Shown piece after piece: positions 39,176 through 50,885 of a stretch of 64,000 nt of DNA. Each line of letters begins with the position of its first letter. Position 1 is the first letter of the stretch. The notes below the pieces were generated by a model that was not told the DNA's origin, did not search any database, and was given only the letters and a program-made list of their open reading frames with translations. This DNA comes from Callorhinchus milii (Eukaryota), in assembly GCF_018977255.1 (NCBI RefSeq), contig NW_024704743.1, positions 11,100,001-11,164,000 on the forward strand. The letters run 5' to 3'. The position numbers were made by a program, and so were the translations under genes.

Positions 39176-40496
39176 ACTCCTTGTATTTGATATAATGCCT
39201 TATCATATCATTGAGAAGTCTCAAAGCACTTCACAGAATATATTGTAAAGTGGATTGACTGTATTTTGTTGACTTTAATAATAAATAACAGTAATAATAA
39301 TAATTTTTTTAAAAATTATAATAAAAAAGCTTGCAAGGCACAAAGATAAGTTTACGCTGAGCTTCAGGTATAAGCTGTGGGGGAAAGATTCACTGGAAAG
39401 AATTCAGTCATATTAGACAAATAAAGGATTTTCATAGTTTCAAAATAACACAGCTTATATTATTCTGGGTAAATCCCTGTCTTATGCAGCAATCTGCAGC
39501 ATGTTGATAGGAGAGATTCCTAGAGATACATTATTTTCTTACTAGTTTGATGTATTTCCTCCGCTCCCCATGCTACCACAATCTATATAATGATTTGGTA
39601 GTGCCCCAACTCCTGCCCCAGGTCAAATCAGCTCACTCATCAGAGGACAATGATTTGAACCCTCCTGTCTGTCTAAACTAATGCTGGACCTCACACAAGG
39701 CTGCTAGCAGGATAGTCTTTTAATTCACTCTTAACCATCAAAGCATTATCAGTATATCTTGTGAAGCGCTTTGCATTTATATAGCTTCTTTCACTCAGGA
39801 TAGCATCTTAGAGTGCTAAAATAGTGTTAATAAAAATAACAATCCTTCCATTTGATGTAGTGCCTTACCAAGTCTTCAAGCAATCTCAGGGTGCTTTCAA
39901 AGGATATACCGTAAAGTGTAGTGACTCCTTAGTTTGTGGGCGAATGAGGCAGCCAATTTTGCGCACAGTTTTAATTTTAATCAATTTTAATCACAGTGAG
40001 TGATTAATTCTAATCGGGGATGGTGGCCTGGACCCCAAAAGATACGTTAATATGTGCTAATAGTTAATATGTGCTAATAGTAATAATTTCATACAGCACC
40101 TCTCTCATTGGTAGGACGTCCAAAGCACTTCATAGCGTTTACTATAAAGGCTGTGTATTTTGTAGGCTAATGTGGCAGCCAAATTTACAAAGCTGTTAAA
40201 TAAAATTAAACTTTTAAAATTACAATACAGTTATTTATAAGTGAACTTCATAAATTCACAGAACTTATTGAAGCAAGAAGAAAAATAGCAACAAATGCTC
40301 TACAGAAACAGCAACAAATGCTCTACAGAAAGTTCATTGAGCAAAATAAGAAGTTGCTTAATTCTTTGGTACCACCTAGTGTTAAGTAACGGTTTGTGCA
40401 CCTGTTCGTGAAGCATTTTCAATTTTTGATAACCAGACCACAAACAAATTGATTGACGAAAGTTAAGACTCTTCATGATTTCTTTCAGAAAGCTTA

Positions 40497-40814
40497 TGGA
40501 GTCCTGTAGCTCAGTGGTTAGAGCACTCGCTTTGCAAGTGAGAGACCTGAGTTCAATTCCAGGCAGGGCGAAACCTTGGGCAAGTTTCCTTACTCCACAC
40601 AGAGCCTAATAATAATCCCTCCAAAAACAAAAACAATAATAAATTGGTCATTTTCAATCTACGACTGTTTGTGGGACAGTGCTGTGCGCAATTGGCTGCC
40701 GCGTTCGCCCACAAATATACAGTCAATTCACTTTACAGTGTGTTCTGTGAAGCGCTTTGGGACGTCCTCCCGACGTGAAAAGCACTATATCAAATACAAG
40801 GATTATTATTATTA
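40497..40814 (+). mobile_element. Young tRNA-derived SINE (short form, L2-type loop)
   Basis: A-box TAGCTCAGTGG, TGC anticodon arm, B-box GTTCAATTCC, tail gggacgtcctcccgacgtg, (TTA)n. Confidence 0.95.
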
Positions 40815-41044
40815 TACTCCCAAAGGTACATTATATATCCACACTAAATAAGTGGGTAAAATGAGATAAGTATCTGTTGATTTAAGTTTCCACTTTTTGT
40901 CAGGAGCAGGGTAATGTTAGACAAAAGCGCACTTGCTGTATCAGGGGAAAGGAACGTTATGTTAATTTTGAGCTATATTAATATAACAACTTGCATTTAT
41001 ATAGCACTCTGTACAATGGAAGAAATATCCTTTAGGAAGGTTTT

Positions 41045-41410
41045 AATAATAATAATAATCCTTGCATTTAATATAGCGTTTATCACATCTCCAAGACATT
41101 TCAAAGCGCTTCACAGAGCATACTGTAAAGCGAATTGACTGTATATTTTGTGTGCAAAACGTGGCAGCGAATTGCATACAGCAGTGTCCCACAAACAGTC
41201 GTAGATTGAGTAACCAATTTTTTTTAAGGAATTATTACAACCGGAAAAGCGATCCGCCAATCGACTAATAACCGGATTCCTACTTACTGCCAGGTAAACA
41301 GAGGAGTGTGCTGTAAGGAAACTTGCCCAATGTTTCACACTGCCTGGAATTGAACCCAGGTCTGTCGCTTGCGAGGCGAGTGCTCTAACCACTGAGCTAA
41401 AGTCTTCCAC
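41045..41410 (-). mobile_element. tRNA-derived SINE, long form
   Basis: Complete minus-strand copy with the CORE-like segment. Confidence 0.9.
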
Positions 41411-41794
41411 AGTCATGTAGCTCAATGGACTAGAATCTATTGAGAAGAATGGAAGAATCCCAGAGCTAAAAACTTGGCTAGCAATTGTCGAGCAAAGGGA
41501 GTGGGGAATGAGCTATCACGGTTACCCTGTTTTTGCAACCCTTAGTAAATAATATGTATATATATCTATATAATATAATTTAAGGGAAATGGGGAGGCCT
41601 GTCTCTTTAATTAGATTTTGTTTAAGAAACTGCTTGCAAAAGGTTTAGTCGCAGCAGCTGTTTGCAAAAGAATTAGCATAAATGAGGTTCCTGAGTTGCA
41701 ACAAAATCTAGGCTCAAGGTTGCTTGATTGACAGGCAGTTAAGAAGCAGCCTAGAACGTCACTTGGGCCCACGTGGGAAAAGCCCTCGCATCAT

Positions 41795-44639
41795 CAACAA
41801 CAACAACTTGGATTTATATAGCGCCCTCCATGCCGGACGGCGTCTCAGAGCGCTTCACAGTAACGGATCCCAGGGCCGAGCCAGGGGGAGGGGGAGGAAG
41901 GTGTCCAAAGGCGCGGTCGAAAAGAAAGGTCTTCAGCAGGGACCCAAAAATAGGAAGAGAGGGGGTGAGGCGTAGGGAGTGAGGAAGGGAGTTGCAGAGC
42001 CTCGGGACGTAGTGGCTGAAGGCACGGCTGCCGATGGTGGAGCGGAGGACTCGGGGAACAAGGAGGCCAGACCCGGAGGAACGAAGGCAATGTTGCCCTC
42101 ACAACAGTATCCCGCAGGTAACCGGGTGAGAGTGGGAGGAGAAGCCATTTGTGCAGATGTACTGCTGGCAGTTCGTGAGGTAGAACTTGAACCAGACGAG
42201 TGCGGTCCCACTGAGGTGGATGATGGAGGAAAGGTGGTGGAGGATCGACGTGATCGACTGTGTCGAACGCGGCGGAGAGGTCCAGGAGGACAAGGAGGCA
42301 GAGGGAGCCCTGGTCACAGATAGAGAGGATGTCATTTGTGACTTTCACAAGCGCAGTCTCTGTACTGTGGGCAGGGCGGAAACCAGACTGGAGGGGTTCG
42401 AAGAGGGAGTGGGAGGAGAGGTGTGCGCGGAGTTGATTTGCAACAACGCGATCTAGGACTTTTGCGAGGAAGGGCAGGTTTGCAATAGGGTGGTAGTGTC
42501 TGGGCTTTGTGAGATCTAGGGAAGGTTTTTTCAGGAGTGGGGTGATGACAGCAGTTTTGAGGGGGGCTGGGACTCATCCAGAGGAGAGGGACTGGTTGAT
42601 GACATCAGCCAGTAATGGGCAGAGGAAGGGGACCTCAGTGACCAGCAGGTTGGTGGGAAGGGGGTCGAGGCAGAGGTGGTGGGTTTCATTGAGGTGATGG
42701 TGGGTGAGAGGGAGGAAGGAGAGATGGGGAGGAAAGAATGTAGGTTGGGGGTCGTAGTAGGAGCTGATGATGGGGAGGGTGAAGGGGACTTGGCGTTGGA
42801 TGCAAAGATTGAGGAGGCTTGCGGAGGCGCACGGAGGAGGTTTTGGGTGGTGGAAAAAAGGAATTTAGGATTGCGTTTAGCCTCAGAGATGATGTTGGAG
42901 TAGAAGGCCGTTTTTGCGCGTGTCAAGGAACGGCGATAGCTGTAGAAATGCTCGAGCCACAGTTGGCGATGAACTGTCAGGCCAATTTTCTGCACTCAAG
43001 CAGCCGGGTTTGGGTTTTTTGGCTGCGGAGATGATTGTTGTACCAGGGGGATCGGGTGGGTTTGGAGATGGTCCTGGATTTCAGGGGATTTCAGGGGGAC
43101 AAGGGAGTTGAAGGTGGAGGAGAGGCGATCATGGAGCAGCTGTATGGCTGTAAGGATCTCCGTGGGTGGAAAGCAAGAGGGATAGAATATTTGATGATGT
43201 GAGGGCCTTTGTAAGGGTCTCAGGGGTTAGCCTTTTCCATGGGCGGTAGAGAATGGTAGAGGGCTTGGTGAAGGAGAGAGGGATGTGAGAGGAGAAGGAG
43301 ATGAGAAACTGGGACGAGATGGCCTTGTCCACTATGCTAAGGTTGGAAATAATAAATAATAATAATAATAATCCTTGCATTTGATATAGCGCTTTTCACG
43401 TCGGGAGGACGTCCCAAAGCGCTTCACAGAACACACTGTAAAGTGAATTGACTGTATATTTGTGGGCGAACGCGGCAGCCAATTGCACACAGCAATGTCC
43501 CACAAACAGTCGTAGATTGAAAGTTACCAATTTATTATTGTTTTTTGTTTTGGAGGGATTATTATTAGGCGTGTGGAGTTTTCGCCCTGCCTGGACATGA
43601 ACTCAGGTCTCTCGCTTGCAAAGCGAGTGCTCTAACCACTGAGCTACAAGACTCCACAAATGTCAAGGCTGTGGGTGATAATGAGGTCGAGGGCATAACC
43701 ACGGTTGTGGATCGGTGAATTTATGTGAAAGGTGAGGTTTAGGGAGGAGAGGAGGGCAGTGAAGTTCGCAAAAGTGGTGCAGGGGGAGTTTAGGTGGAGG
43801 TTGAAATCACCCATTATGAACAGGCGTTCAGAGCAGCGGGACAGGGAAGATAGGAGAGTAGAGATGTCTGTGTGGAAGGAACCGGAAGGCTTAGGGGGGT
43901 AGTAGACCGGAAGGATTTTCAGTGGGAGAGAGGGATGGAAGAACATGAAGCGCTCAAAGGAGGGGAAGCATAGGGGTTTAAGCCAAGGGAGGCTTTGGAA
44001 ATGAAGGCCAGCCTGCCGCCACATTGGTTTGGACGGGGGGTGTGGTGGAAGGTGTAGCCTGGAGGGGAGGCTTCAACTAGTGGGATGGAGTCATTAGGGA
44101 AGAACCAGCTTTCGGTGAGCCCAAGAATGTCAAGGTGCTCGTCCAGGATGAGGTCAAGGATGGTGAGGGCTTTGTTTGAGAGGGAATGGACATTTTGGAG
44201 GGAAATGCAGGTGGGTTTGCTGGAGGGAGGAAGAGTGATGAGAAGAGGATTTTAGGGTGTACAGGAGTGATGGTTGTGGAAAGTGGAGAGTTGGGGAGGG
44301 TACGTATGAGGGAGGGGAAGTTGTGTTAGCCTTAAGGAGGCGGTTTGTGTGGAGGGAGTGAGTGATGGGACATGTGGGGTTGCTGCTCTTGGACAGCCAG
44401 GAGCCATGATGGGCCCGGCAGAGGATGCCCAGGCTGGTTTGTTGTTGTTGTCACAGACCCAGGCTACCATTGTTGCTTTTTTTTAAATTATGATGTCACG
44501 CCAACGTCACTTTGTGAATCAGTGTCGCTCCCTCACTTACCCCCCACCCACACCGCGCTCTCCTGACTCCACTCCCGAATGAGTTGCTCCTCACTTGGCT
44601 GGGTTTATATCTGCAGCTAGGCCTCAGCTTCACCCCACA
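41795..44639 (-). mobile_element. L2 LINE with both ends, internally deleted; APE endonuclease plus partial RT
   Basis: Candidate TSD catcat at 41789-41794 and 44640-44645; LQNVHSL...[27 protein letters not shown]; (CAA)n tail; RT core missing near 42100. Confidence 0.85.
43348..43657 (-). mobile_element. Young tRNA-derived SINE nested in the L2
   Basis: Tail agcgcttttcacgtcgggaggacgtcccaaagcgct; head gagctacaagactccac. Confidence 0.93.
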
Positions 44640-45111
44640 CATCATATGGTGGGCAGAGCCATTTGCGCCTATAAAAAGCAATGCTTGGCGTGCCTTGTGG
44701 TCACTGTTTAATGGTCGACATCCAGTACGTACTGACGTTTACAGGAAGACTGTACTGTTGGGTTGGTTTAAATCTGTTTTACTAATATAGTATTGTGCTT
44801 CAAGTTGATATAGTTGTGTGTGTGTGTGTTAGTTATACTTGATTCCATTATTGTTTATCTTACATTGTTGTATTTCTTACATGCAAGGTAGCCTAGGGTT
44901 GCTAGGTCTTAATAAAGAACTGTTGTTTTCTACCGTATGTATCCTAGAGTCTCTGTAATAATCCGAAAACAAGAAAAGGAGTAAAACACTCAGAGGGTAG
45001 CTCTCAACATCCTATTTCTGGCAGTGAGAACATTACCAGGCATTGTAGTTAACTGGGAATACTCGTCTGAGTGTCTAATTCTGACTCAGATGAGTCACCT
45101 TGACTCAGATG

Positions 45112-45625
45112 AGGCACAGAGGTACAGTTGGATGTCATCCACATACATGTGGAAGTTGACCCCTATGTCTGCGGATGATGTTACCAAGAGGGAGCATGTA
45201 GATATTGAAGAGGAGGGGACCAAGGACAGAGCCCTGAGGAACTCTGCATGACACGGTGCAGGGGTAGAGGAGAAACTGTTTGTGGAGATGAAGTGGAGGT
45301 GGTGTGAAAGGTATGATCTGAACCAGTCAAGGACAGAGCCGTGAAGGTTGAGGTGAGAGGAGAGGCATTGGATGAGGATAGAGTGGTCAACGGTGTCGAA
45401 GGCAGCAGAGAGATCAGGAGGATAAGGAGGCAGGGGAGTCCTGGTCACAGGTGGACAGAATGTCATTTGTCACTTCGACCAGGGCTGTTTCTGTGCTGTG
45501 CATTGCGCGGAAACCCAATTGGAGGGGTTTGTGAAGGGAGTGGTGGAGAGGAAGGAGTCAAGCTGGGAAGCAACAACTCATTCCAGGATCTTGGAGAGGA
45601 AACGGAGGTTGGAGATGGTGTGGTA
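45112..45625 (-). mobile_element. L2 LINE RT fragment
   Basis: [14 protein letters not shown] and [10 protein letters not shown]. Confidence 0.88.
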
Positions 45626-46329
45626 GTATTCACCTACAAATACAATCACTACATTTAACAGTACAGTACACTACAGTAACAATACAGTATAAATACTGTA
45701 AAGCAGTTTCAGATATTTTTGGGAAAGACATTTTATCAAATGCAAGGTTTATTAATATTAACCACTTCCTGATATCTCTTCTAAACTTATCCTCATATCA
45801 CTGAGCCTTCATGACTGAGTGTCGCACCAGGCTATCTGAGCCACCTGGGTTCTGCTGGTGCATATTGATAAACACTAATGGTAAAGAAAGATATTAAAAC
45901 TGAGCCACTATAAAATCTGTCTTGCAGTGTTTTCAACAGAAGCCGTTTTTTGGCAATCGGGTGTCCGATATACATAGAAACCCATCACTTAAGTTGTCTC
46001 TGATTACCTGTATGAAAATTTGCAACAACTTTATTACCTCATTTACATCAGAGACATTTTGTTAACCTTTAAATTCAGATTCTGCAAACTATCTGAATAA
46101 AATAATTTGATTCATTTGGTGCCTTGTCTATTCACCAGAAGCAACCATTCAAAGAGAAAGCAAAAGACTTTATAGCATTAACTTAACAAGGGAGCAATCT
46201 GTATTAACTGCATTAGCTGAGCAACAGCTTCGGCATGTTTCGGCATGAATAGCTATTTTCATAATTTAATCTGTGCATTTTAGTTGCAAAATATTTTCAT
46301 GCTGCTGTAGTATCTCCAGGAAAGCCAAT

Positions 46330-46710
46330 CACCAATGTATGTCAGACTGGTCCATAAAACACTTTTTTTTTAGCTCAGCCGGGTGTCTTACACATGTGGA
46401 AACCCATCATCAAGTTTAAGAGTATCCAAACCAAACAGAGTTCCACGTATCCAAACTACACATGAAAATTTCAGAGATATTTGTTGGGGTGGAATGCTCA
46501 CTTTTTCCCTGGAAGGACGCATCCTGCTTACCTAATTCCAGAAAGTATTAGGCACAGGTTGACAAGAGCACTGCGGACCCGCCTGGCTCAGGAACTGGAT
46601 TACCGAGACCACCACAGAGGGTTGGCTTGATTCTGACATTCCATTGCCAAACATGTCACCTCGGAGCTAGTTCAGCTCCAAGGAGACCGAGCTTACCTCT
46701 CCCCCAACTC
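46330..46710 (-). repeat. Unclassified dispersed repeat (family also at about 7065, 14560, 45955, 47995, 59595 and 63031)
   Basis: Shared blocks gaaacccatca...ttaagag, ccctggaaggacgcatcctgcttacctaa and gcctggctcagga. Confidence 0.7.
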
Positions 46711-48784
46711 CACTTGCCAATCTTAACAAGCCTGCAACTTGCAATCCCTGCCAAGCTGCATTAACCATTAAATAACCTGGGGCCAGGTTCTCAGCCCAGC
46801 CCCAGCCCCAAAGAGAGAGCACCAAAGATTATTTTTATTATTATGGTATATTCCATTTTAGCTGTGTACGAAAAGTTCACTATCACCAGTTTTAGACTCC
46901 AATGTATTTTGTTTAGCAGGAAAAGCCGAGAGCCTATTATCCAAGTTTCCTCTAACACTAAATTATATACAAGCTATAAATTGGTTGTTTATTTCAAAAT
47001 AAACATGCAGAACTAAAGATAAGAGCCTCCAGCCTGCATACAATAATTTGTCAATCAGGGTGAATTCAAGATTAGTTGATTTAATCATTTTTAACAATCC
47101 AGCCTTAAACAAAATATGTTTCTTTCTGTTTTTTTTGCAGGCAAGTGATACAGGAACAATGCAGTAATGGAGAGACACCCCACCAAGACCCTGCAAGCAC
47201 AGAAACTGAATAACACAACGTCAGAAAGTTTATATTGTAAACTAAAAATACCCTGGGGGTGATTTCAAAGCTATAATTTGACTCACTGGTCACATTACAG
47301 CCATAAATCGCTACCGCTCCATCCTTGTGGTTTGTGAGATCATCTAAACTTCTCAGGTAGATTAATGCCTTTTAATCACCCCCAAGTATTTTTTATTCTC
47401 TGGTCAAAAGACTGTGCCTCTCCCCATCTTCCTAGATCATCATTGGAGTTTATTACACATTTTTCAGATTTGCGTTTTCATAGATGGATTTCCTAAAAGA
47501 GTGAAAATGGACCAAGGAAAATAAGGTAATAATTCAATGATAAACCTGTAATTCCAACTGTCTCTTCTGCAATGGGCTTCACAATAGTTTGTATCTTGTT
47601 CATTATTACATTTCTTCTCACAGAGGAATGTAAAAATATGGAATGCAATGTACCAGATGTCCATCGAGACAAAATCAGATGCATTTGATATGTCAGCCTG
47701 ACTCAGTTGGTAGCACTCTTGCCTCTGAGGGAGAAGTTGCAGGTTCAAGCTCCACAAACATGGAACTCATATAAGCCATGCTGACACTCCAATGCAGTGC
47801 TGGTGCCACGTTTCAGATGAGACATTGAGGCGAGGCATTGTCTGCCTGTTTAGATGGACATTATAGAGTGCATGGCACTATTTGAAAAGAGAAGAGAATT
47901 TCTCCCGGTATGCTCGCAATCAATTTCCCAACTAAAATGAGTCATTAACTCCATGGCTGTGGTGCCATGTGCTTTGGAAGAGCGTTAAATCGCAACATTC
48001 CATTCCCTAGCACGTCACCTTGGGGTCAGCTCAGCTCCAAGGATACCCCGCTTACCTCCTCTTTCCAGGAAGACATTACCATTCACAATCCCATTGGCTG
48101 ACAAAGCCCATTTTACTGCCAGTCTTTTCCATTCCAATCTTTTATCAGATGCTTTAGATCATTTCCCAGCCAATAAACAGTCCAAAAGGAAATTACTTCC
48201 ATGATCGTAACTTACAGTTTGTGATTTCCCCATTTTCAACCCCATTTGAATCAGTTTAGCATTTATGTCCCCACCATAGTCCTACAAAATACACAGTCAC
48301 TACACTTTACAGTAAATCATTCGAAGCGTTTTGTGATGTGGGTTATCATCATAATCTTTTTTCATTTGTAATATTAATTTTGATTCCATCTACCTTGTGA
48401 TTACGAAAAACTTGCATTTGGCATCATGCCTTTCACGTCAGGAGAACGTCTCAAAAGCACTTCACAGTATATGATGTAAAGGATAGCAACTATTTTTGCA
48501 GTCTAACATGGCTGCCCATTTGTGTGCACCAATGTTTCACAACCACCATGAAGTGAATGAACAGTTTTATCTGGAGGATTCTTGGCCAGAACATCAGGAG
48601 AAACTCCCTTCTCTTTTCAAATAATGCCCCGAGATCTTTGACGTTCACCTGAAGACAGATGGGACCTCAGTTTCAAGTGAATGTAAAGGAAACAAGTACT
48701 TTTAAAAAATGTATGTTGACCAGATTTGTTTTTCTTTCCTAGCGCTGATTGATGCAACAATCCAAATAACCTAATTTTTTCCTT

Positions 48785-49591
48785 CATGCTCCACCCTGCC
48801 CACACCACCACTGGGATCGGGTCTTCAGCCTTTCTGCCCCCACCCTCTAGAACTCCATCCCACAGTCCATTCACCTCGCCCCTTTTCTTGTCTCCTTCAA
48901 AGCCCATCTCAAGACCTTCATCTTCAACCATGCCTTCAGTCCAGCTCCACCTTTCCCCACCTCCACAACATCGCTTAGCTCCCCCACTGTCTCAAACCGC
49001 AGTCTGCTGAGGCACTCATACACACCTTCATAACATCCAGGCTTGACTACACAAACTTCCAGCTTGTTAGCCTCCCCAACTCTTCTCTCCATAGGCTGCA
49101 GATCATCTAGAACTCTGCAGCCTGTGTCCTTTTTCGCACCAAGCTCTGGTACCCTATCACCCCACCCTCGCCTGACTCGACTGGCTTCCCATCACAGAGG
49201 ATACAGTTCAAGATCCTGGTCCTCACTTTCAAAGCCCTCCATGGCTTTGCTCTCCCCGCCTAACTTGTTACCAACTTCCCCGCTCCCTCCGCTCAGTGGG
49301 CTGCAGCCAGCTTCACGTCCCCCACCTCACCTACCCCACCATTGGCAGGTCTTCAGCCACTCTGCCCCCACCCTCTGGTTCTCCATCCGCAGCCCCTCCG
49401 CCTCACCACCTCCCTTGTCTTCTTCAAGAGCTGTCTCAAGACCCTCCTCTTAACCACGCTTTCGGTCACCATCTTTCCCCCCGTCCTTCACCCTCCCCGA
49501 TTCCTACCCCCAGCTCGGGTCCAAAACACTGATTGCCCAGCACCTTGGGACGTCCTCCTGACATGAAAGTAATTTTGTTGTTGTTGTTGTT
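48785..49591 (+). mobile_element. L2 LINE 3' fragments (two, in tandem)
   Basis: FITSRLDY...QFKILVLTFKALHG; tail and (GTT)n. Confidence 0.88.
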
Positions 49592-49818
49592 GCCCTGTGC
49601 TGTGTGATCATGCATGCGATGCGCACACCTGGCACTGGGTAACTCACGTAGTTCCACATCCTCTCAGACACATCCTTTCTTTTTATAATCTCCCACTATT
49701 GCCTTCTTTTGTCTTGCACCATTAATACCTCTGATCTCATCATCCACTGTACTCCATCTAATTTTTTCCTTTGTCTTTCTTTCCCTGCTCCCTTTTCTGC
49801 TTGTCCTTATAAACTGCT

Positions 49819-50475
49819 CCCTTCCAACATTCTTCAATCCATGCTAATGTATTCCTCTTAATTCCATGGGCCCTAATCTTGTGGATCAACCTTTTATGCG
49901 GCACCTTATCGAATGCCTTTTGTAAATCTAAATACACTACATCCACTGATTCCCCCCTATCTAATCTACTTGATATGTCCTCAAAAAAATCTAAAAGATT
50001 TGTTAAGCGAGACTTCCCGTTTGTAAAGCCATGTTGACTCTGTCTAATCATATTGTGATCCTCTGAGTATTGGTGGTAGGGAAAATAGGAGACATCGGTG
50101 GTAGGGAAAATTCTAGAATCCTTAATTAAGGATGTCGTAGTGGGATACTTAGTGTGAGACATTTTCCCCTGTTTGGAGAAACTATAACCAGGGGTCACAG
50201 TCTTAAAATTCTCACTGAGTTGAGGAAAAACTTCTTCACTCAGAGGGTAGTGAACTTATGGAATTCTCTCCCCAAAGGGCTGTAGATGCTCAGTCCTTGA
50301 ACATATTCAAGACTGAGATTGACAGATTTATTGTGGATAAAGGAATTAAGGATGAGGGTATAAGGTGGGTAGGTGGAGTTAGAATAGATCAGCCATGATC
50401 TTATTGAATAGCGGGGCAGGCTCGAGGGGCCGAATGGCCTACTCCTGCTCCTAATTCTTATGTTCTTATGTTCTT
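49819..50475. mobile_element. Rearranged CR1 (minus-strand RT piece plus plus-strand 3' end)
   Basis: Minus: QHGF...YLDLQKAFDKVPH. Plus: TSVVGKILES, then FFTQRVVNLWNSLP and a (TTCTTATG)n tail. Confidence 0.88.
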
Positions 50476-50499
50476 ATATTCTAACATAATAATCCTTGC

Positions 50500-50703
50500 G
50501 CAAAATACTGCAGATGCTGGAAATCTGAAACAAAAACAGAAGTTGCTGGGAATACTCAGCAGGTCCGGCAACATCTATAGAGAAATCCTCGATAGTTAGA
50601 TCCTGAGTTCTAACGAAGGGTCGTGGACCCAAAACGTTGACTCACTTTCCTTTCTCGACAGATACTGCCTGACCTGCTGAGTGTTCCCAGCGACTTGTTT
50701 TTT
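50500..50703. mobile_element. Penelope-like terminal fold-back with a degenerate hammerhead
   Basis: Inverted arms at 50532-50576 and 50660-50703; hammerhead-like core in the loop. Confidence 0.7.
50604..50644 (+). ncRNA. Degenerate minimal type I hammerhead ribozyme
   Basis: UGAGUU-CUaACGA-A-GGGUC gug GACCC-aAAAC-GUU-GACUCA; stems I and II pair; two core G>A changes. Confidence 0.6.
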
Positions 50704-50848
50704 GTGATAATAATCCTTCCATTTGATATATATATCATGTCTTTGAGATGTCTCAAAGAACTTCACAGAATATACTGTAAAGTAAATTGACTGTATATTT
50801 TGTGGGCGAAACGGGGCAAACAGTTGCACACAGCAGTGTTTTTCCCCC

Positions 50849-50885
50849 AGTTCTGATGAAAGGTCATCAATCTGAAACTTTAACT
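50849..50885 (+). ncRNA. Second minimal hammerhead ribozyme motif
   Basis: AGUU-CUGAUGA-A-AGGU cauca AUCU-GAAAC-UUU-AACU; intact CUGAUGA and GAAAC boxes. Confidence 0.58.

Larger units (their letters stand above)
41514..44988 (+). repeat. Probable solo LTR (about 41514-41794 plus 44640-44988) split by the L2 insertion
   Basis: Rejoined sequence has TATAAAA at 44670, AATAAA at 44911 and ends in ...aaaca; outer boundaries and TSD not resolved. Confidence 0.4.

Noticed and set aside
40499..40572. Near-complete tRNA-Ala(TGC) cloverleaf (also at about 17349, 24439 and 52449)
   Set aside because: It is the SINE head: always followed by the SINE body and tail, with a mismatched first acceptor pair.
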